From a virus (lineage: Duplodnaviria; Caudoviricetes), in IMG/VR virus record IMGVR_UViG_3300030106_002604, positions 1-55,909 of that record: a stretch of DNA of 55,909 bases; one strand, 5' to 3'. This document shows, piece after piece, positions 55,456 through 55,909 of the stretch. How positions within the stretch are numbered: position 1 is the stretch's first letter; every line of letters begins with the position of its first letter. The notes under the pieces are model-generated. The model was given only the letters and a program-made list of their open reading frames with translations, was not told where the DNA came from and did no database searches. A program made the position numbers and the translations under genes.

Positions 55456-55909
55456 CTAAGATAGTTCATAAATCATAATCTCGCCAGTATTTGGGTGATT
55501 ATATTTTACGGAGGTCTTAGCTCCTCCTGACGCTGTTATATCCTCCTCGTTCCAAGGTATATACACCATGCTTGACAGGTCGTCTAAGTCGTGTAAAGTA
55601 ACGCTAGTTATAACATCTTTCTTACCCCACTTAGCTCTAGTGTATAGTTTTTTGTATGCTTTTTTGTAGCTATCTACATAATCTTTAGATATGTTTGATC
55701 TACACCAATCCAAGCATTCTTCTCTATCAAATCTAAAAAAACCACATAGATCTTCTATCTCCATAGCAATCCAAGTAGCATCACCCTGCATCCATCCTTT
55801 CTCTCCAGCTGTATTTTTAAACTCAAGGCATATCGAATCAGCACGCTTCTTTCCTTTAACGTCAACGCCTAGTGTTTCATCTGGACCATGCCAAAAGTCT
55901 ACGTGCCTA
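55456..55909 (-). CDS. 3' part of the junction-spanning nuclease gene
   Basis: Frame is open to the window end and matches 1-141. Confidence 0.7.
   Translation of the reverse strand, partial: RHVDFWHGPDETLGVDVKGKKRADSICLEFKNTAGEKGWMQGDATWIAMEIEDLCGFFRFDREECLDWCRSNISKDYVDSYKKAYKKLYTRAKWGKKDVITSVTLHDLDDLSSMVYIPWNEEDITASGGAKTSVKYNHPNTGEIMIYELS
55769..55909. repeat. Terminal direct repeat, copy 2
   Basis: 140/141 identical to 1-141. Confidence 0.95.

Noticed and set aside
1-55909. Stop-codon reassignment as in some crAss-like phages
   Set aside because: Genes are full length in code 11; TAG (8504, 13490) and TGA (many ATGA overlaps) act as stops.
1-55909. Prophage or integrative element
   Set aside because: No integrase, repressor cassette or flanking host genes; the sequence closes as a circle.

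Overview
The window is an apparently complete, circularly assembled genome of a lytic tailed phage (unit length about 55,768 bp plus a 141-bp end overlap). The host is most likely Bacteroidota/Flavobacteriia, based on TTG-N20-TAnnTTTG-type promoters, a T9SS sorting domain and Q-rule signal peptides. The minus-strand arm (about 9.5 kb to 1, continuing 55.8 to 53.1 kb) carries small early genes, a recombination pair, primase-helicase, nucleases and a class II RNR. The plus-strand arm (10.3-53.1 kb) carries a crAss-like podovirus virion module (TerL, portal, scaffold, MCP, ring and muzzle proteins), a GroES-like protein, lysis genes and three ejection-type proteins. I recognised no DNA polymerase, RNA polymerase or integrase. 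Most notable: (1) the early transcript is punctuated by structured RNAs missing from the ORF track: a 46-nt minimal tRNA mimic, a long hairpin and a complete type I hammerhead ribozyme that together bracket one gene, plus a second 98-nt tRNA-like element; (2) a five-gene envelope cassette (Cys-rich T9SS cargo, beta-barrel-like protein, membrane coiled coil, CxxC-less thioredoxin); (3) recurrent GNA-triloop DNA hairpins near promoters; (4) a shared basic MKVKK/xxGG motif across many late proteins. All product calls come from motif recognition by eye, not database searches.
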